From contig OZ220089.1 in assembly GCA_964291625.2 (NCBI GenBank), positions 2,368,001-2,432,000 on the forward strand: a stretch of 64,000 bases of DNA, given 5' to 3'. Below are positions 18,634-28,738 of the stretch, piece by piece. The notes beneath the pieces are model-generated. The model was not told the DNA's origin. It saw only the letters and a list, made by a program, of their open reading frames with translations, and did no database searches. Origin of the DNA: Candidatus Latescibacterota bacterium. GTDB lineage: Bacteria > Latescibacterota > UBA2968 > UBA8231. The translations under genes and the position numbers were made by a program. Position 1 is the first letter of the stretch; each line of letters starts with the position of its first letter.

Positions 18634-19436
18634 GAGCTGATGGCGGCGAAGAACTGGAAGAGGAAGGCGAGGACCGTGGCCACGGCGCAGAGGCCGGCCA
18701 GGAGGTAGGTGCCGATGCCCTCGCGCTCGTCCGGCGAGCGGCTGAACATCCAGGCCGCGGCATAGCCGCCGACGAAGCCGCCGCCGTGGGCCCAGTTGTC
18801 GATGTTCGGCATGAGGAGGCCGAAGATGAAGAGCAGCACCGCCCACTGCAGGTACTGGCGGGTGAACAGGTCGGCGCCCCGCCGGCGGCCGTAGGCGATG
18901 GCGGCGGCCAGGAGGCCGAAGATCGACCCCGAGGCTCCCAGGGTGGCGGCGCTGCCCATGGCCACCGAGGCGATGAAGCCGACCGTCCCGGAGATGGTGA
19001 AGATGGCGAACAGCCGCCACGGGCCGAAGAGCTCGCCCACCAGGGGACCGAGCTGCCGCACCCACATGAGGTTGAAGAAGATGTGGAGCAGGCTGCCGTG
19101 GAGGTAGATGGCGGTGATCACCGTCCACCAGCGGCCGAGGTAGAGCACCGGGTACGCGCCCGTCATGCCCGCCTCCAGGGAGGCCCTCGACGACGGCGCC
19201 AGGATGCTCATCAGGCCCCGCGGCTGCAGGACGGCGCCAGGGTCCAGGGCCAGGCACAGCAGGTAGAGGCCGGCGCAGACCACCGTGATCACATGGGGGA
19301 AGTCGAGGCTCAGGCCGAGCTGCCGCATGCGGCTGGCGAGGCCGAACATGCCGGGGCGGATCTGGCCGCAGTACGGACACCGCGGCTCGTCGGCGCTGAT
19401 CAGCTTGTGGCAGCGGGGGCAGAGGATGGCGGCCAT
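18630..19436 (-). CDS. Rhomboid intramembrane serine protease with N-terminal Zn ribbon
   Basis: CPRC..CPYC; HGSLLHIFFN, GASG and AHGGG motifs. Confidence 0.92.
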   Translation of the reverse strand: MAAILCPRCHKLISADEPRCPYCGQIRPGMFGLASRMRQLGLSLDFPHVITVVCAGLYLLCLALDPGAVLQPRGLMSILAPSSRASLEAGMTGAYPVLYLGRWWTVITAIYLHGSLLHIFFNLMWVRQLGPLVGELFGPWRLFAIFTISGTVGFIASVAMGSAATLGASGSIFGLLAAAIAYGRRRGADLFTRQYLQWAVLLFIFGLLMPNIDNWAHGGGFVGGYAAAWMFSRSPDEREGIGTYLLAGLCAVATVLAFLFQFFAAISS

Positions 19437-20710
19437 CAGATCCCCAGACTCTCGTTGATGTCGTCCTGGTACTCGTGCAGCCGGTCCTGCAGGACCTCGT
19501 CCACCGAGACCGCCCGCCCGGCCGCCTGCGACTCCATCCGGGCGTAGGCCAAGGCCACCGAGCGGGCCCCCAGCCCGCCGTCGACCTCGGGGCGTCCGGC
19601 CTCGCCGGCGATGGCGGCGCCGAAGTCGGCGTACTCCACGGCGATGACCTTGCGGTCGATCACCGCGAACTCGAAGCCGTACTCCCCTAACCGGTCGCCG
19701 CCGAAGAGGGCCGCCGTGGGCCCGTCGAGGCGGAACCCGGGCACCAGGTCGAGCAGCGCGGAGCCGCTCACCGGGTCCTGCCCGGGCAGGTGCAGGGTGA
19801 CGGGCCGGCCGCTGCGGTCGCCCGGCAGGTCCAGCGAGCCGAGGGAGCCGTAGATCGCCCGCTTGCCCAGGTCCTGGCCGCGGGCGGCGTGGTCCTCGAT
19901 GTAGGAGGCCACGGCCCCCGACTGGAAGAGAATCGTGGCGTAGGCGGCGTCATCGGCGGTGGCCTCGAACTCGGCGGGCATGTCCTTCTGCCAGCGGCCG
20001 TACACACCGGCGGGTCCGCCATCGCCGGGCTCCCGGCCCGCGGCCGGGTTCTTGCGCACCGGCTCGTGGAGCCGCGTCTGGGCGTAGACGGTGGTCGCCG
20101 GACCGAGGTAGTACTCGAGGATGTCGGCGAAGTGGACGCCCACGTCGAGCAGCACGCCGCTGGCGTCCTTGCGGTGGCGCCAGACCGAGATCAGCATGCG
20201 GTCGCCGCCGCCGAGGGAGTGCTGCAGCATCAGCCGGGGCTCGCCGATGACGCCGGCGTCGAGGAGCGCCTTGCCGAGGCGGTTCATCGGGTCGCGGCGG
20301 TAGTTCTCGGCCGTGGACAGGACCCGCCCCGCCGCCTCCGCGGCGTCGACCATGATCCGGCAGGCGCGGGCCGTCAGCCCCAGGGGCTTCTCGCACATGA
20401 CGTGCCAGCCCCGGCCGAAGGCCTCCGCCGCGACGGTGTGGTGGGCCCGCGGCGTCGTGGTCAGGTCGATGGCGTGCACCTCGGCGACGGCCGCCAGGGC
20501 CTCCAGCGAGCCGGCCGCCTCCGGGCGCCGGCCGAGCAGCTTCTCCGCCTGGTCCGCCAGGGATGCCGCGTTCTCCTCCACCGGGTCGCAGGCGCCCACC
20601 AGCTCGAAGGGGGACAGACCGGCGCGGGCCAGCTCCGCGAGCCCGTAGAGGTGCCGGTGGCCCATGCCGCCGCAGCCGACGATGGCCAGATGGATGCGCG
20701 ACTCGCTCAT
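19436..20710 (-). CDS. Gfo/Idh/MocA oxidoreductase
   Basis: IVGCGGMG, CEKP, AENYR and DVGVH motifs; ATG at 20710. Confidence 0.9.
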   Translation of the reverse strand: MSESRIHLAIVGCGGMGHRHLYGLAELARAGLSPFELVGACDPVEENAASLADQAEKLLGRRPEAAGSLEALAAVAEVHAIDLTTTPRAHHTVAAEAFGRGWHVMCEKPLGLTARACRIMVDAAEAAGRVLSTAENYRRDPMNRLGKALLDAGVIGEPRLMLQHSLGGGDRMLISVWRHRKDASGVLLDVGVHFADILEYYLGPATTVYAQTRLHEPVRKNPAAGREPGDGGPAGVYGRWQKDMPAEFEATADDAAYATILFQSGAVASYIEDHAARGQDLGKRAIYGSLGSLDLPGDRSGRPVTLHLPGQDPVSGSALLDLVPGFRLDGPTAALFGGDRLGEYGFEFAVIDRKVIAVEYADFGAAIAGEAGRPEVDGGLGARSVALAYARMESQAAGRAVSVDEVLQDRLHEYQDDINESLGI

Positions 20711-20900
20711 GCTCGATCCGGGAATAGAGAAACAGCCCTGCCCACCGGGGGTGAGAAGGGCTGCGCCACCTGCGCTGCCAGAAAATAGGGGGCCCGGGGG
20801 ATTCACTCCAGCAGCACCCCCCGGAAAGAGGCCCCGTTGCCTATACTCCTCTGCCTCCTCCACCCGGCCCTCTTCACGGCTGAAGACAGCCGCCAAGTGC

Positions 20901-23825
20901 ATGCCTGATCTCACCCTCCTGGTCGGCGGTCCCGGCAGCGGCAAGACGGACCGGATCATCTCGAGGCTGGCCGCCCGGTACGAAGCCGACCCCTTCTCCG
21001 AAGCGGCCGTGCTGGTCCCGACGGTGCGCCACGGAGACCAGTTCCGCCGCCGTCTCGTCGGCCGATGCGGGGTGGCCCTGCGGCTGCGTGTCGAGACGAT
21101 CGCCCAGTTCAGCCGCTCCCTGGCCTCCAACGCGAGGGTCCCCTCCCACTCGCTGGCCGAGGAACTCCTGCGGCGGACCATCCGCCGTGCGATCGAGAGC
21201 GGGCCCGCCGCCTACTTCAAGCCTGTGGCCGAGACCCGGGGGCTGGGGAGCCTCCTCGGCGGCGCCATCGGCGACCTGCTGGCGGAGGGCGTGGATCCCC
21301 GGTCCCTGTCGGAAGCCGCCGGGAGGTCGGGATCACGAAGCCTGCAGGCACTCGGTGCCATCTACGGGGAGTACAGCGACGAACTGAGAGAGGGAGGCTG
21401 GACTCACCCGGTGCAGCTCGGCGCGGCGGCAGCGGACGCCGTCAGGGCGGGTGCGGCCCTGCCCGGCACGATCCTGCTCGACGGCTTCCATCTCTTCCGA
21501 GCGACGGAGATGGACCTCCTCGAAGCCCTCGCCGGGAAGGCCGATGTCGTCGTCACGCTGGACCCGGGTGCTGGCGAGCGTGCGGCGCACGACTGCGAGC
21601 GCCTGCGCCGGCGGTTCCCGAAGGCGGAAGTGACAGAGCTCGCGGAGGATGGTGCAGCACCCCCAACCGTCGTGGCCGGCGCCGCGGCCGACAGGGAAGC
21701 CCAGCTGCGGGCCATGGCGCGCCAGGTCAAGCAGCGCCTGGCCGACGAGCCGTCCCTGCGCCCTTCCGACTTCGCCGTCGCCTTCCGGCAGGCATCGCCC
21801 CACCTGGGCATGGCCCGGCAGGTGTTCTCCGAGTACGACCTGCCCCTCGACCCGGCCGCCGGAGAGCCGTTGAGCGCCCGCCCCCTGGGGGCCTGGCTGC
21901 GCCGCCTGATGCACCTGGCCCGGGACGGCTGGCGCCTGCGCGACGTCGTCGCCGTGCTCTCCAGCGGCTTCGTCGATCGCCGCCGCTGGGGGCTCTCCCG
22001 CGGAGACCTGGCCGCCTTTGCCCGCCGGGCGCGCGGGAACAACCTCTGGGCGAGACTCGACGCGCTGGGCCGCGCCGTGGACGGGCTGCGCACGGAGGCG
22101 GAGGACCCCAAGAGGAGCGACCGGGACCGCGAGTGGCGCCGGGGAGCTGCATCGGCCATGTCGGCCGCCCTGGAGGATCTGCGCACGCTGCTGGAGCGGC
22201 CGGGCGGGACGATGGCGGAGCACGCGCGCCATCTCGACGAAGCGCTCTTCGGCGCTCAGGCCCTGGTCGATCCCCGCTCCAGGAAGGAGCCCGGCGTCGA
22301 CGTGGAGCTCGACGCGCTGCGAGGCCAGCTTCGGGAGCTGATCCATACGCACGAGGTGTTGGGAGGCGGGCCCGAGTCCTTCGAGTCGTTTCTGGCGCGG
22401 CTCGAAGGGAAGTTCGACGCGCCGACGGTGTTGCTGCGCGAGCCCGGCGGCGTCCTCCTCGCGCCGATGCACACCCTGCACGGCCTGCGCTTCGACTTCG
22501 TGGCCATAGGGGGCCTGGTGGAGGGAGAGTTCCCGGCGCCGAGGAGCCACCACTCCCTTCTCGACAGAGAGGCCATCGAGGCGCTGAATCGCTGCGGCCT
22601 CGGAGTCCCCCCGCTGGCCCGGCTCTCGGAGGATGAGCTGTGGAAGTCGGTCTCCACTCGCGCCGACCGTGTGCTGTCCCTGTGGAGGACCCGGCTCAAC
22701 GAACGCGGCCGATCGGTGGCGGCTTCCTACTACTACGACAGCCTGCCGTCCGACGCGCGCATCGAGGCGGGAACGTCCACGCCCGAAACAGCCGGCTCGG
22801 CGCGCGAGCTGGCCATCGCCTGCACCTGGCAGTGGCCGAACCATGGCCGGCTGCGGCCGCGTGCGGAGCCCGCCTGGCCCATCGTGCGCTCTGCCGTCGC
22901 GGTCGAGCAGCTCCGCCGTTCGTTCTCGGATGCGGGTGAGTACGAGGGCCGCCTGACCGATGGATTGGTGCCCAGGCTCACGGGTGCCTGCGCCACCTGG
23001 AGCGCCAGCCGGATCGAGTCCTACCAGACCTGCGCCTTCCAGTTCTTCGGCCAGTACGCCCTCCGCCTGCGGGAGGTCGAGGAGGAACTGGAGAGCGCTG
23101 ACGCCGCCATCCGGGGCAGCGTCGTTCACGACATCCTGCAGGACGCAGTCGCTCCCCTTGTGGAGCAGGGCCGCCCGCTGGTTTCCGATACACTTCCCGA
23201 GGTGCTGGCGCGTCTCCGGGCCAACGGCCCCGGCCTGTGGAACAGCGCCCCCGCGCGGATGGGCTTCGGCCGGGCCGCCCTCTGGCGGCTGGATGCGGAG
23301 GACACCTTCCGGAAGATGGAGCTGCTCCTGCAGCGGGAGGCCGAGCGGAGCGGGCAGTCGGGAGTGACACGGATCATCGGCGCCGAGCAGGAGGTCGAGG
23401 CCTCGCTCCCGCTGGATCCGCCCTTGCGCCTGAAGGCCACCATCGACCGACTGGAGGAGGGCGAGGGAAAAGTGGTGATCGTCGACTACAAGTCAGGCAG
23501 ACCGTTCTCGCGGGCCGACCTCGCGGAAGGACGCCGTGTCCAGCTTCAGCTCTATGGGTACGCCGGACGCGACGGGACAGGGGCGGAGAGGATCATCGCC
23601 CGCTACGCCTGGCTCGATCCCCAGGCCAGGGAGTGGGATCTCGACTCCTCGCGCCCCGAGGACTCCCTGCTGCTGGACCATGTCGCCGAGGTCGCCCGGC
23701 AGGTTCGCGATGCCGTCGACTCGGGCGACTTCCGAGTCAACCCAAAGGTGAAGCCCTGTCCGACCTACTGCTCGTTCCGCCACGTCTGCCGGGTCAACGG
23801 ATTCAGTCGATGGAAATGGGAGTGA
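20901..23825 (+). CDS. addB: AddB/RexB-like helicase-nuclease subunit (PD-(D/E)xK nuclease, Fe-S staple)
   Basis: GGPGSGKT Walker A; WSASRIESYQTCAFQFF; IDRLE...IVDYKSG; C-terminal CPTYCSFRHVC; paired with a UvrD-like gene. Confidence 0.8.
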   Translation: MPDLTLLVGGPGSGKTDRIISRLAARYEADPFSEAAVLVPTVRHGDQFRRRLVGRCGVALRLRVETIAQFSRSLASNARVPSHSLAEELLRRTIRRAIESGPAAYFKPVAETRGLGSLLGGAIGDLLAEGVDPRSLSEAAGRSGSRSLQALGAIYGEYSDELREGGWTHPVQLGAAAADAVRAGAALPGTILLDGFHLFRATEMDLLEALAGKADVVVTLDPGAGERAAHDCERLRRRFPKAEVTELAEDGAAPPTVVAGAAADREAQLRAMARQVKQRLADEPSLRPSDFAVAFRQASPHLGMARQVFSEYDLPLDPAAGEPLSARPLGAWLRRLMHLARDGWRLRDVVAVLSSGFVDRRRWGLSRGDLAAFARRARGNNLWARLDALGRAVDGLRTEAEDPKRSDRDREWRRGAASAMSAALEDLRTLLERPGGTMAEHARHLDEALFGAQALVDPRSRKEPGVDVELDALRGQLRELIHTHEVLGGGPESFESFLARLEGKFDAPTVLLREPGGVLLAPMHTLHGLRFDFVAIGGLVEGEFPAPRSHHSLLDREAIEALNRCGLGVPPLARLSEDELWKSVSTRADRVLSLWRTRLNERGRSVAASYYYDSLPSDARIEAGTSTPETAGSARELAIACTWQWPNHGRLRPRAEPAWPIVRSAVAVEQLRRSFSDAGEYEGRLTDGLVPRLTGACATWSASRIESYQTCAFQFFGQYALRLREVEEELESADAAIRGSVVHDILQDAVAPLVEQGRPLVSDTLPEVLARLRANGPGLWNSAPARMGFGRAALWRLDAEDTFRKMELLLQREAERSGQSGVTRIIGAEQEVEASLPLDPPLRLKATIDRLEEGEGKVVIVDYKSGRPFSRADLAEGRRVQLQLYGYAGRDGTGAERIIARYAWLDPQAREWDLDSSRPEDSLLLDHVAEVARQVRDAVDSGDFRVNPKVKPCPTYCSFRHVCRVNGFSRWKWE

Positions 23826-26800
23826 CATCGGAGCAGGCGGGGATCCTGGCCGAGCGCGGCCGTGACGTGCTGGTCACCGCCGGCGCCGGCAGCGGCAAGA
23901 CGAGTGTCCTCGTCGATCGCTACGTCTCCCTCCTCGCGGAGCACCGCATCTCCGAGATGGCGGCCGTCACCTTCACCGACGCCGCCGCCACCGAGATGCG
24001 CGAGCGCGTGCGGCGGGAGGTGCTCACGAGGGAGGAGCTGAGCCATCACCGGGCGGAGATCGACGACGCCATCATCGGCACCATCCACTCCTTCTGCCTC
24101 CGGATCCTGCGGGAGCATCCCGTGGAGGCGGCCATCGATCCGGCCACGAGGGTCCTCTCCGATGACGAGGCCGAGTTCGAGCTGACCAGGGCCTGCATCG
24201 ATGCCCTGGAGGCGGCCGCCGACGCCGACGACCAGCGGGCCCTGGCGCTGCGGGAGCTCGGTCTGTACGCGGCGACCCTCCAGCTTCCCCTGATGGTTGC
24301 CCGACGCGACGAGGTCGAGGACGCGTACCAGGCGCTTCCGGGAGACTCGGTGGAGGAGTGGGCGGACCATGTCCGGGGGCTGCTGGACGAGACGCTCCGG
24401 GCGGCGGTGGAAGAGGCGCGCCCGCAGCTGGCGGAGCGGGCGGCGTGGCTGAGAGCTGCCCTTGAAGGCTCCGGAGACGATGCCCTGTCCTCGCGCCTGC
24501 GCGACTGTCTGGCGGCCTTGGGCGACCCAAATGCCGGAGACTGGTCCGAGCTGCTGGCCCGCGTCGAGGAGGCGGGGGGCAGAGTCAACCTGAGAGGCGG
24601 CAGTGCGCGGAACTGGGCGGTGGACATCAAGGAGGTCAAAGAGGCCATGGGCTCGATCCGGGACATGGTCAAGGGGTTCAATGCCCTCCCTCGCTGGAAC
24701 GAGCACGACCAGATCGCCCTCGAGGCCCTCGCATCCCTGCGGACTCTCTTCAGGGACGCCTGCCATCGCTACGCCGCCCGCAAGCGGGAGCTGGTGGCCC
24801 TGGACTATCTCGACCTCGAGATCATGGCCACGCAGCTGCTCGGCTCCCATCCGGAGATCGCCGCCTCCTACGGGTCCCGCCTGCGCCACCTGATGGTGGA
24901 CGAGCTTCAGGACACCAACCCCACCCAGATCGCATTCCTCGACCTCCTGAAGGGACCCGAGCGGTTCTTCGTCGGCGACGTGAAGCAGGCGATCTACCGC
25001 TTCCGCGGAAGCGATGTCCGCAACTTCACGCGCCTCCACAAACAGATCGCGGCCTCCGGCGCCATCCACTCCCTGAGCCAGTCCTTCCGCGCCCACGACC
25101 CGCTCGTCGACTCGCTCAACACCCTCTTCGAGCATGTCTTCGCGGACCCGCGGGAGGAGTTCGAGGCGCCGATGCAGGCGATGACCGGACGAGGGGATGA
25201 TGCGCCCCAGTCGCCGCACCTGGTGCTGCTGCCGGTCGCCAATCAAACGCCCGCGGGCGACAAGACCGGCGACGACGACCGCCGAAGGGTCGAGGCGGAT
25301 GCCGTGGCCGCCGAGGTGGCGAGGCTGCTGCGCCGTCCCGCCATCGTGTGGGACAGGGACGAGGGCGGACACCGCCCTGCACGGGCGTCCGACGTGGCGG
25401 TCCTGCTCCGCCGCCTGACGAACGTCCACCTCTTCGAGCAGGCCCTGGAGAGCCACGACGTCTCCTGCCGCACCGTGGCCGGCGCCGGGTTCTTCACCAG
25501 GCAGGAGGTCCTCGACCTCACCAACCTCCTGGGGTGGCTGGCCGAGTCGGACGACACCATCGCCCTGGCGGGAGCCCTGCGGTCGCCGCTGTTCACGATC
25601 GACGACCAGTCCCTGCTGGCGCTCCGGTCCCATGGCCCGAATCTCCTCAGAGCGCTCGGGGACCCGCCCGAGTCCCTGCCCCCGGAGGTGCGCCAGCTCT
25701 GCCGGCATGCCACCGAGGTGCTCCAGGAACTGCGACGCGGTGTCGCATTCCTGCCGGCCGACGCGCTCCTCGAGAGAGCCCTGGCCCTCACGGGATTCGA
25801 GGCCGCGTGGGCGCCTCTGCAGGGAGGCGATCAGGCGCTGGCCAACATCCGCAAGTTCGTGGACCTGGCCCGGCAGCTGGCCGGCAACTCCCTCGACGAG
25901 TTCGTGACCTACGTCCGGCGCCGGCGGGACGAGCTGCAGGCCCGCGAAGGCCAGGCCGTCCTCGACCAGTCCGACGCCGTGCGGCTGCTGACCGTGCACG
26001 GAGCCAAGGGCCTCCAGTTCCCCATCGTCTTCGTGCCGGAAGCCCATCTGCCGTCGCGTGTGAGCTACGAGGCGGTCCGCTGGCGTACCGGGGAGGGCAT
26101 CTCCGTCACGCTGCAGAAGGAGGTCGAGTCGGACGAGACCAGCCGCCGGCGCCCGGGGTTCTACTCCTACCTCGTGGAACGGGACAAGGCGGAAGAGGCG
26201 GCCGAGCACAAGCGGCTGTTCTACGTGGCGGCCACCCGTGCGGCCGACGTGCTGTACATCACCGGCGATGATTCGACACGGTCCGATGCATGGCTCACGG
26301 CCGCTCGGAGTGCCCTCGGCGCGGCCCCGGGAGGAGTGGAGATCCGTTCACCCATGCCCGTGGACCTCAAGGCGGTCGCCGACCGGGTGCCGCCCAGGTC
26401 GGTGGAGGTCCCCCCGGAGGACGAGGAAGAGGACTTCACGGCGCCGCTGGCGGCCCGGCCGCCGGTGATCCCCCTGCGCTCCAGCACCCCGGTGACCTCC
26501 CTGCGACTGGAGGAGCCCTCCCGCGGCGGCTACTTCCACCACGGCGACGGTCTCGGCCTGGTCCGCGGCAGCCTCGCCCACGATGCCATCGAGGACTGGT
26601 TCAGGACCGGAGAGCGTCCCGCCCTGGACGAGTTGACCCGCAAGATCGACAGCGGTCTGGGAGAGCAGGCCGTGCGCAGGGTTGCCGCCGAAGTCGACGG
26701 CATGCTGGACATCTTCGACGCCAGCCCGCTGGCGGAGACCCTGCGGGACGGGGGTACCCGCGCCTGGTGCGAGCTGCCCTTTTCGTGGAACTGGGACGGC

Positions 26801-27121
26801 GTGCCGGTACACGGCACCATCGACCTCGCCTACGAGACCGAGGGCACCTGGCATGTTCTCGACTTCAAGACCGACGATCTGCGGGGCCGGTCGCTGGCCG
26901 AGGCTTCGCAGGCCTACCTGCCTCAGCTAGCCCTCTACGCTGCCGCCCTGGAGAGGGCCGTCGGTGGCTCCCCGGTCCCGGGGCTGATGTTCCTGCGGAC
27001 CGGCGATGTGTACCTCCCGCCGCCCGCGGACCTGGTCCAGGCGCTGGCAACCACCCGCGGCCGGATCGATCACGGGGACCTGGTCGATGCGCCACCACAG
27101 GATCGCGATCATGTCATCTGA
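23816..27121 (+). CDS. addA: AddA/RexA-like UvrD helicase with C-terminal nuclease
   Basis: AGAGSGKT, TIHSFC, VDELQDT, VGDVKQAIYRFRG, TVHGAKGLQF, RLFYVAATRA; nuclease GTIDL...LDFKTD. Confidence 0.85.
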   Translation: MGVTSEQAGILAERGRDVLVTAGAGSGKTSVLVDRYVSLLAEHRISEMAAVTFTDAAATEMRERVRREVLTREELSHHRAEIDDAIIGTIHSFCLRILREHPVEAAIDPATRVLSDDEAEFELTRACIDALEAAADADDQRALALRELGLYAATLQLPLMVARRDEVEDAYQALPGDSVEEWADHVRGLLDETLRAAVEEARPQLAERAAWLRAALEGSGDDALSSRLRDCLAALGDPNAGDWSELLARVEEAGGRVNLRGGSARNWAVDIKEVKEAMGSIRDMVKGFNALPRWNEHDQIALEALASLRTLFRDACHRYAARKRELVALDYLDLEIMATQLLGSHPEIAASYGSRLRHLMVDELQDTNPTQIAFLDLLKGPERFFVGDVKQAIYRFRGSDVRNFTRLHKQIAASGAIHSLSQSFRAHDPLVDSLNTLFEHVFADPREEFEAPMQAMTGRGDDAPQSPHLVLLPVANQTPAGDKTGDDDRRRVEADAVAAEVARLLRRPAIVWDRDEGGHRPARASDVAVLLRRLTNVHLFEQALESHDVSCRTVAGAGFFTRQEVLDLTNLLGWLAESDDTIALAGALRSPLFTIDDQSLLALRSHGPNLLRALGDPPESLPPEVRQLCRHATEVLQELRRGVAFLPADALLERALALTGFEAAWAPLQGGDQALANIRKFVDLARQLAGNSLDEFVTYVRRRRDELQAREGQAVLDQSDAVRLLTVHGAKGLQFPIVFVPEAHLPSRVSYEAVRWRTGEGISVTLQKEVESDETSRRRPGFYSYLVERDKAEEAAEHKRLFYVAATRAADVLYITGDDSTRSDAWLTAARSALGAAPGGVEIRSPMPVDLKAVADRVPPRSVEVPPEDEEEDFTAPLAARPPVIPLRSSTPVTSLRLEEPSRGGYFHHGDGLGLVRGSLAHDAIEDWFRTGERPALDELTRKIDSGLGEQAVRRVAAEVDGMLDIFDASPLAETLRDGGTRAWCELPFSWNWDGVPVHGTIDLAYETEGTWHVLDFKTDDLRGRSLAEASQAYLPQLALYAAALERAVGGSPVPGLMFLRTGDVYLPPPADLVQALATTRGRIDHGDLVDAPPQDRDHVI

Positions 27122-27944
27122 ACCGATGCTGTACGAAATGCACATGCACACCCCGCTCTGCAACCACGCCCGCGGCGAACCGGAGGAGTATGCCGAAGTG
27201 GCCCTGCAACGGGGCCTGAAGGGGATCGTGGTCACCGACCACAACCCCACGAACGACGGCTGGTCGCCGGAGGCGCGGATGGGCGTGGACGAACTCGACG
27301 ACTACGTGGCCATGGTCGAGCGCGCCCGCCAGGCCTGGGCCGGCCGGGTCGATGTCCGCCTTGGCATGGAGAGCGATTACGTGCCCGGCATGGAGCCCTG
27401 GCTGGAGAAGCTGCACGGCATGGCCGGATTCCACCACGTGCTCGGTTCGGTCCATCCCCAGCTCCCTCAATACCTCGACCGCTTCGACCGGGGGGATGTG
27501 GACGCCTTTCGCGGCACCTATTTCGAGCATCTGGCCCTGGCCGCCGAGACCGGCCTGTTCGACACCCTCGCCCATCCCGATCTGGTCAAGAATTCCTCGC
27601 CGTCGGACTGGTGCCCGGAGCGGGCCATGGACCATATCCTCCCCTGTCTCGACCGCATCGCCGCCACCGGCGTGGCCATGGAGCTGAACACCTCGGGCCG
27701 CAACAAGGCGTATGCCGAGATGAACCCGGGACCGGCCATGTTGGCGGAGATGGCGAGGCGCCGCATTCCGGTGGTCATCGGCGCGGACGCCCACGACCCC
27801 CGGCGGGTCGGCGACGGTCACGTCGACGCCCTCGGCATGCTCCAGGAGGCCGGATACAGCCATGTGAGCATGTTCCTCCACCGGCGGCGTCAGGACCTGC
27901 CCATCGACCGGGTGCGAGCCAGTCTGACCCCGGGGCCGCGTTAG
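27111..27944 (+). CDS. hisJ: Histidinol-phosphatase, HisJ/PHP family
   Basis: HMHTPLCNHA, TDH, LGSVH, AHPDLVK, ELNTSG and GADAH motifs. Confidence 0.82.
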   Translation: MSSEPMLYEMHMHTPLCNHARGEPEEYAEVALQRGLKGIVVTDHNPTNDGWSPEARMGVDELDDYVAMVERARQAWAGRVDVRLGMESDYVPGMEPWLEKLHGMAGFHHVLGSVHPQLPQYLDRFDRGDVDAFRGTYFEHLALAAETGLFDTLAHPDLVKNSSPSDWCPERAMDHILPCLDRIAATGVAMELNTSGRNKAYAEMNPGPAMLAEMARRRIPVVIGADAHDPRRVGDGHVDALGMLQEAGYSHVSMFLHRRRQDLPIDRVRASLTPGPR

Positions 27945-27976
27945 GACATGTTCAGGGCAGGGAGTATCGTTCCCCC

Positions 27977-28738
27977 ATGCGAGCACTGATCCTGGGAGCG
28001 GGCCGGGGCCGCCGCCTCAAGGCCCTCACCGACGAGCAGCCGAAGCCGTACGCCCCCATCGGCGGCCGGCGCATCCTCGACTGGCTGCTGCAGGCCCTGG
28101 GCGAAGCCGGCGTCAGCGACTTCGTCTTCATCGGCGGTTACCGCATCGACCAGGTCCGCGGCGACTACCCGCACCTGACCTTCTGCCACAACCCCGACTG
28201 GGAGAGCACCAACATCCTCGCCTCCCTCATGTGCGCCGAGGATCACATGGACGGCGGCTTCCTCGTCACCTACGCCGACATCCTCTACCGGTCCTCCGTC
28301 GTGGGCCGGGCCCTCGACCATCCCGGCGACGCCGTCCTCTGCGTCGACACCCGCTGGCGGGAGCGCTACGCCGACCGCAGCCAGCACCCCGAGGACGACG
28401 CCGAGAAGGTCCTCGCCGAGGGCGACCGCGTGCTGCGGATCAGCCGCGGGCTCCCCTCCTCCGAGGCCTGCGGCGAGTACATCGGCGTGGCCCGGTTCTC
28501 GGCCGCCGGCGCCGCCGCCCTGCGCCGCCACTACCACCGGGTGCGGGCCAGCTACAACGGGCAGGTCTGGAAGGACGGGACCACCTTCCGCCAGGCCTAC
28601 CTCATCCATCTCTACGAGGACATGCTCGAACAGGGAGAGAGGTTCCACATGGTGACCACCGGAGGCGAGTACGCCGAAGTCGACACCGAGGAGGACTACG
28701 CCCTCGCCAACGAGAGCTGGCCCCGGAGGTACTCCTGA
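27977..28738 (+). CDS. NTP transferase (phosphocholine cytidylyltransferase/LicC-like family)
   Basis: MRALILGAGRGRRL..LT..QPK, YADI, GEYIG and EVDTEED motifs. Confidence 0.82.
   Translation: MRALILGAGRGRRLKALTDEQPKPYAPIGGRRILDWLLQALGEAGVSDFVFIGGYRIDQVRGDYPHLTFCHNPDWESTNILASLMCAEDHMDGGFLVTYADILYRSSVVGRALDHPGDAVLCVDTRWRERYADRSQHPEDDAEKVLAEGDRVLRISRGLPSSEACGEYIGVARFSAAGAAALRRHYHRVRASYNGQVWKDGTTFRQAYLIHLYEDMLEQGERFHMVTTGGEYAEVDTEEDYALANESWPRRYS

Noticed and set aside
20901-23825. Cas4-like nuclease suggesting a CRISPR adaptation module
   Set aside because: The PD-(D/E)xK/Fe-S domain is the C-terminus of an AddB-like subunit paired with AddA; no cas1, cas2 or array.
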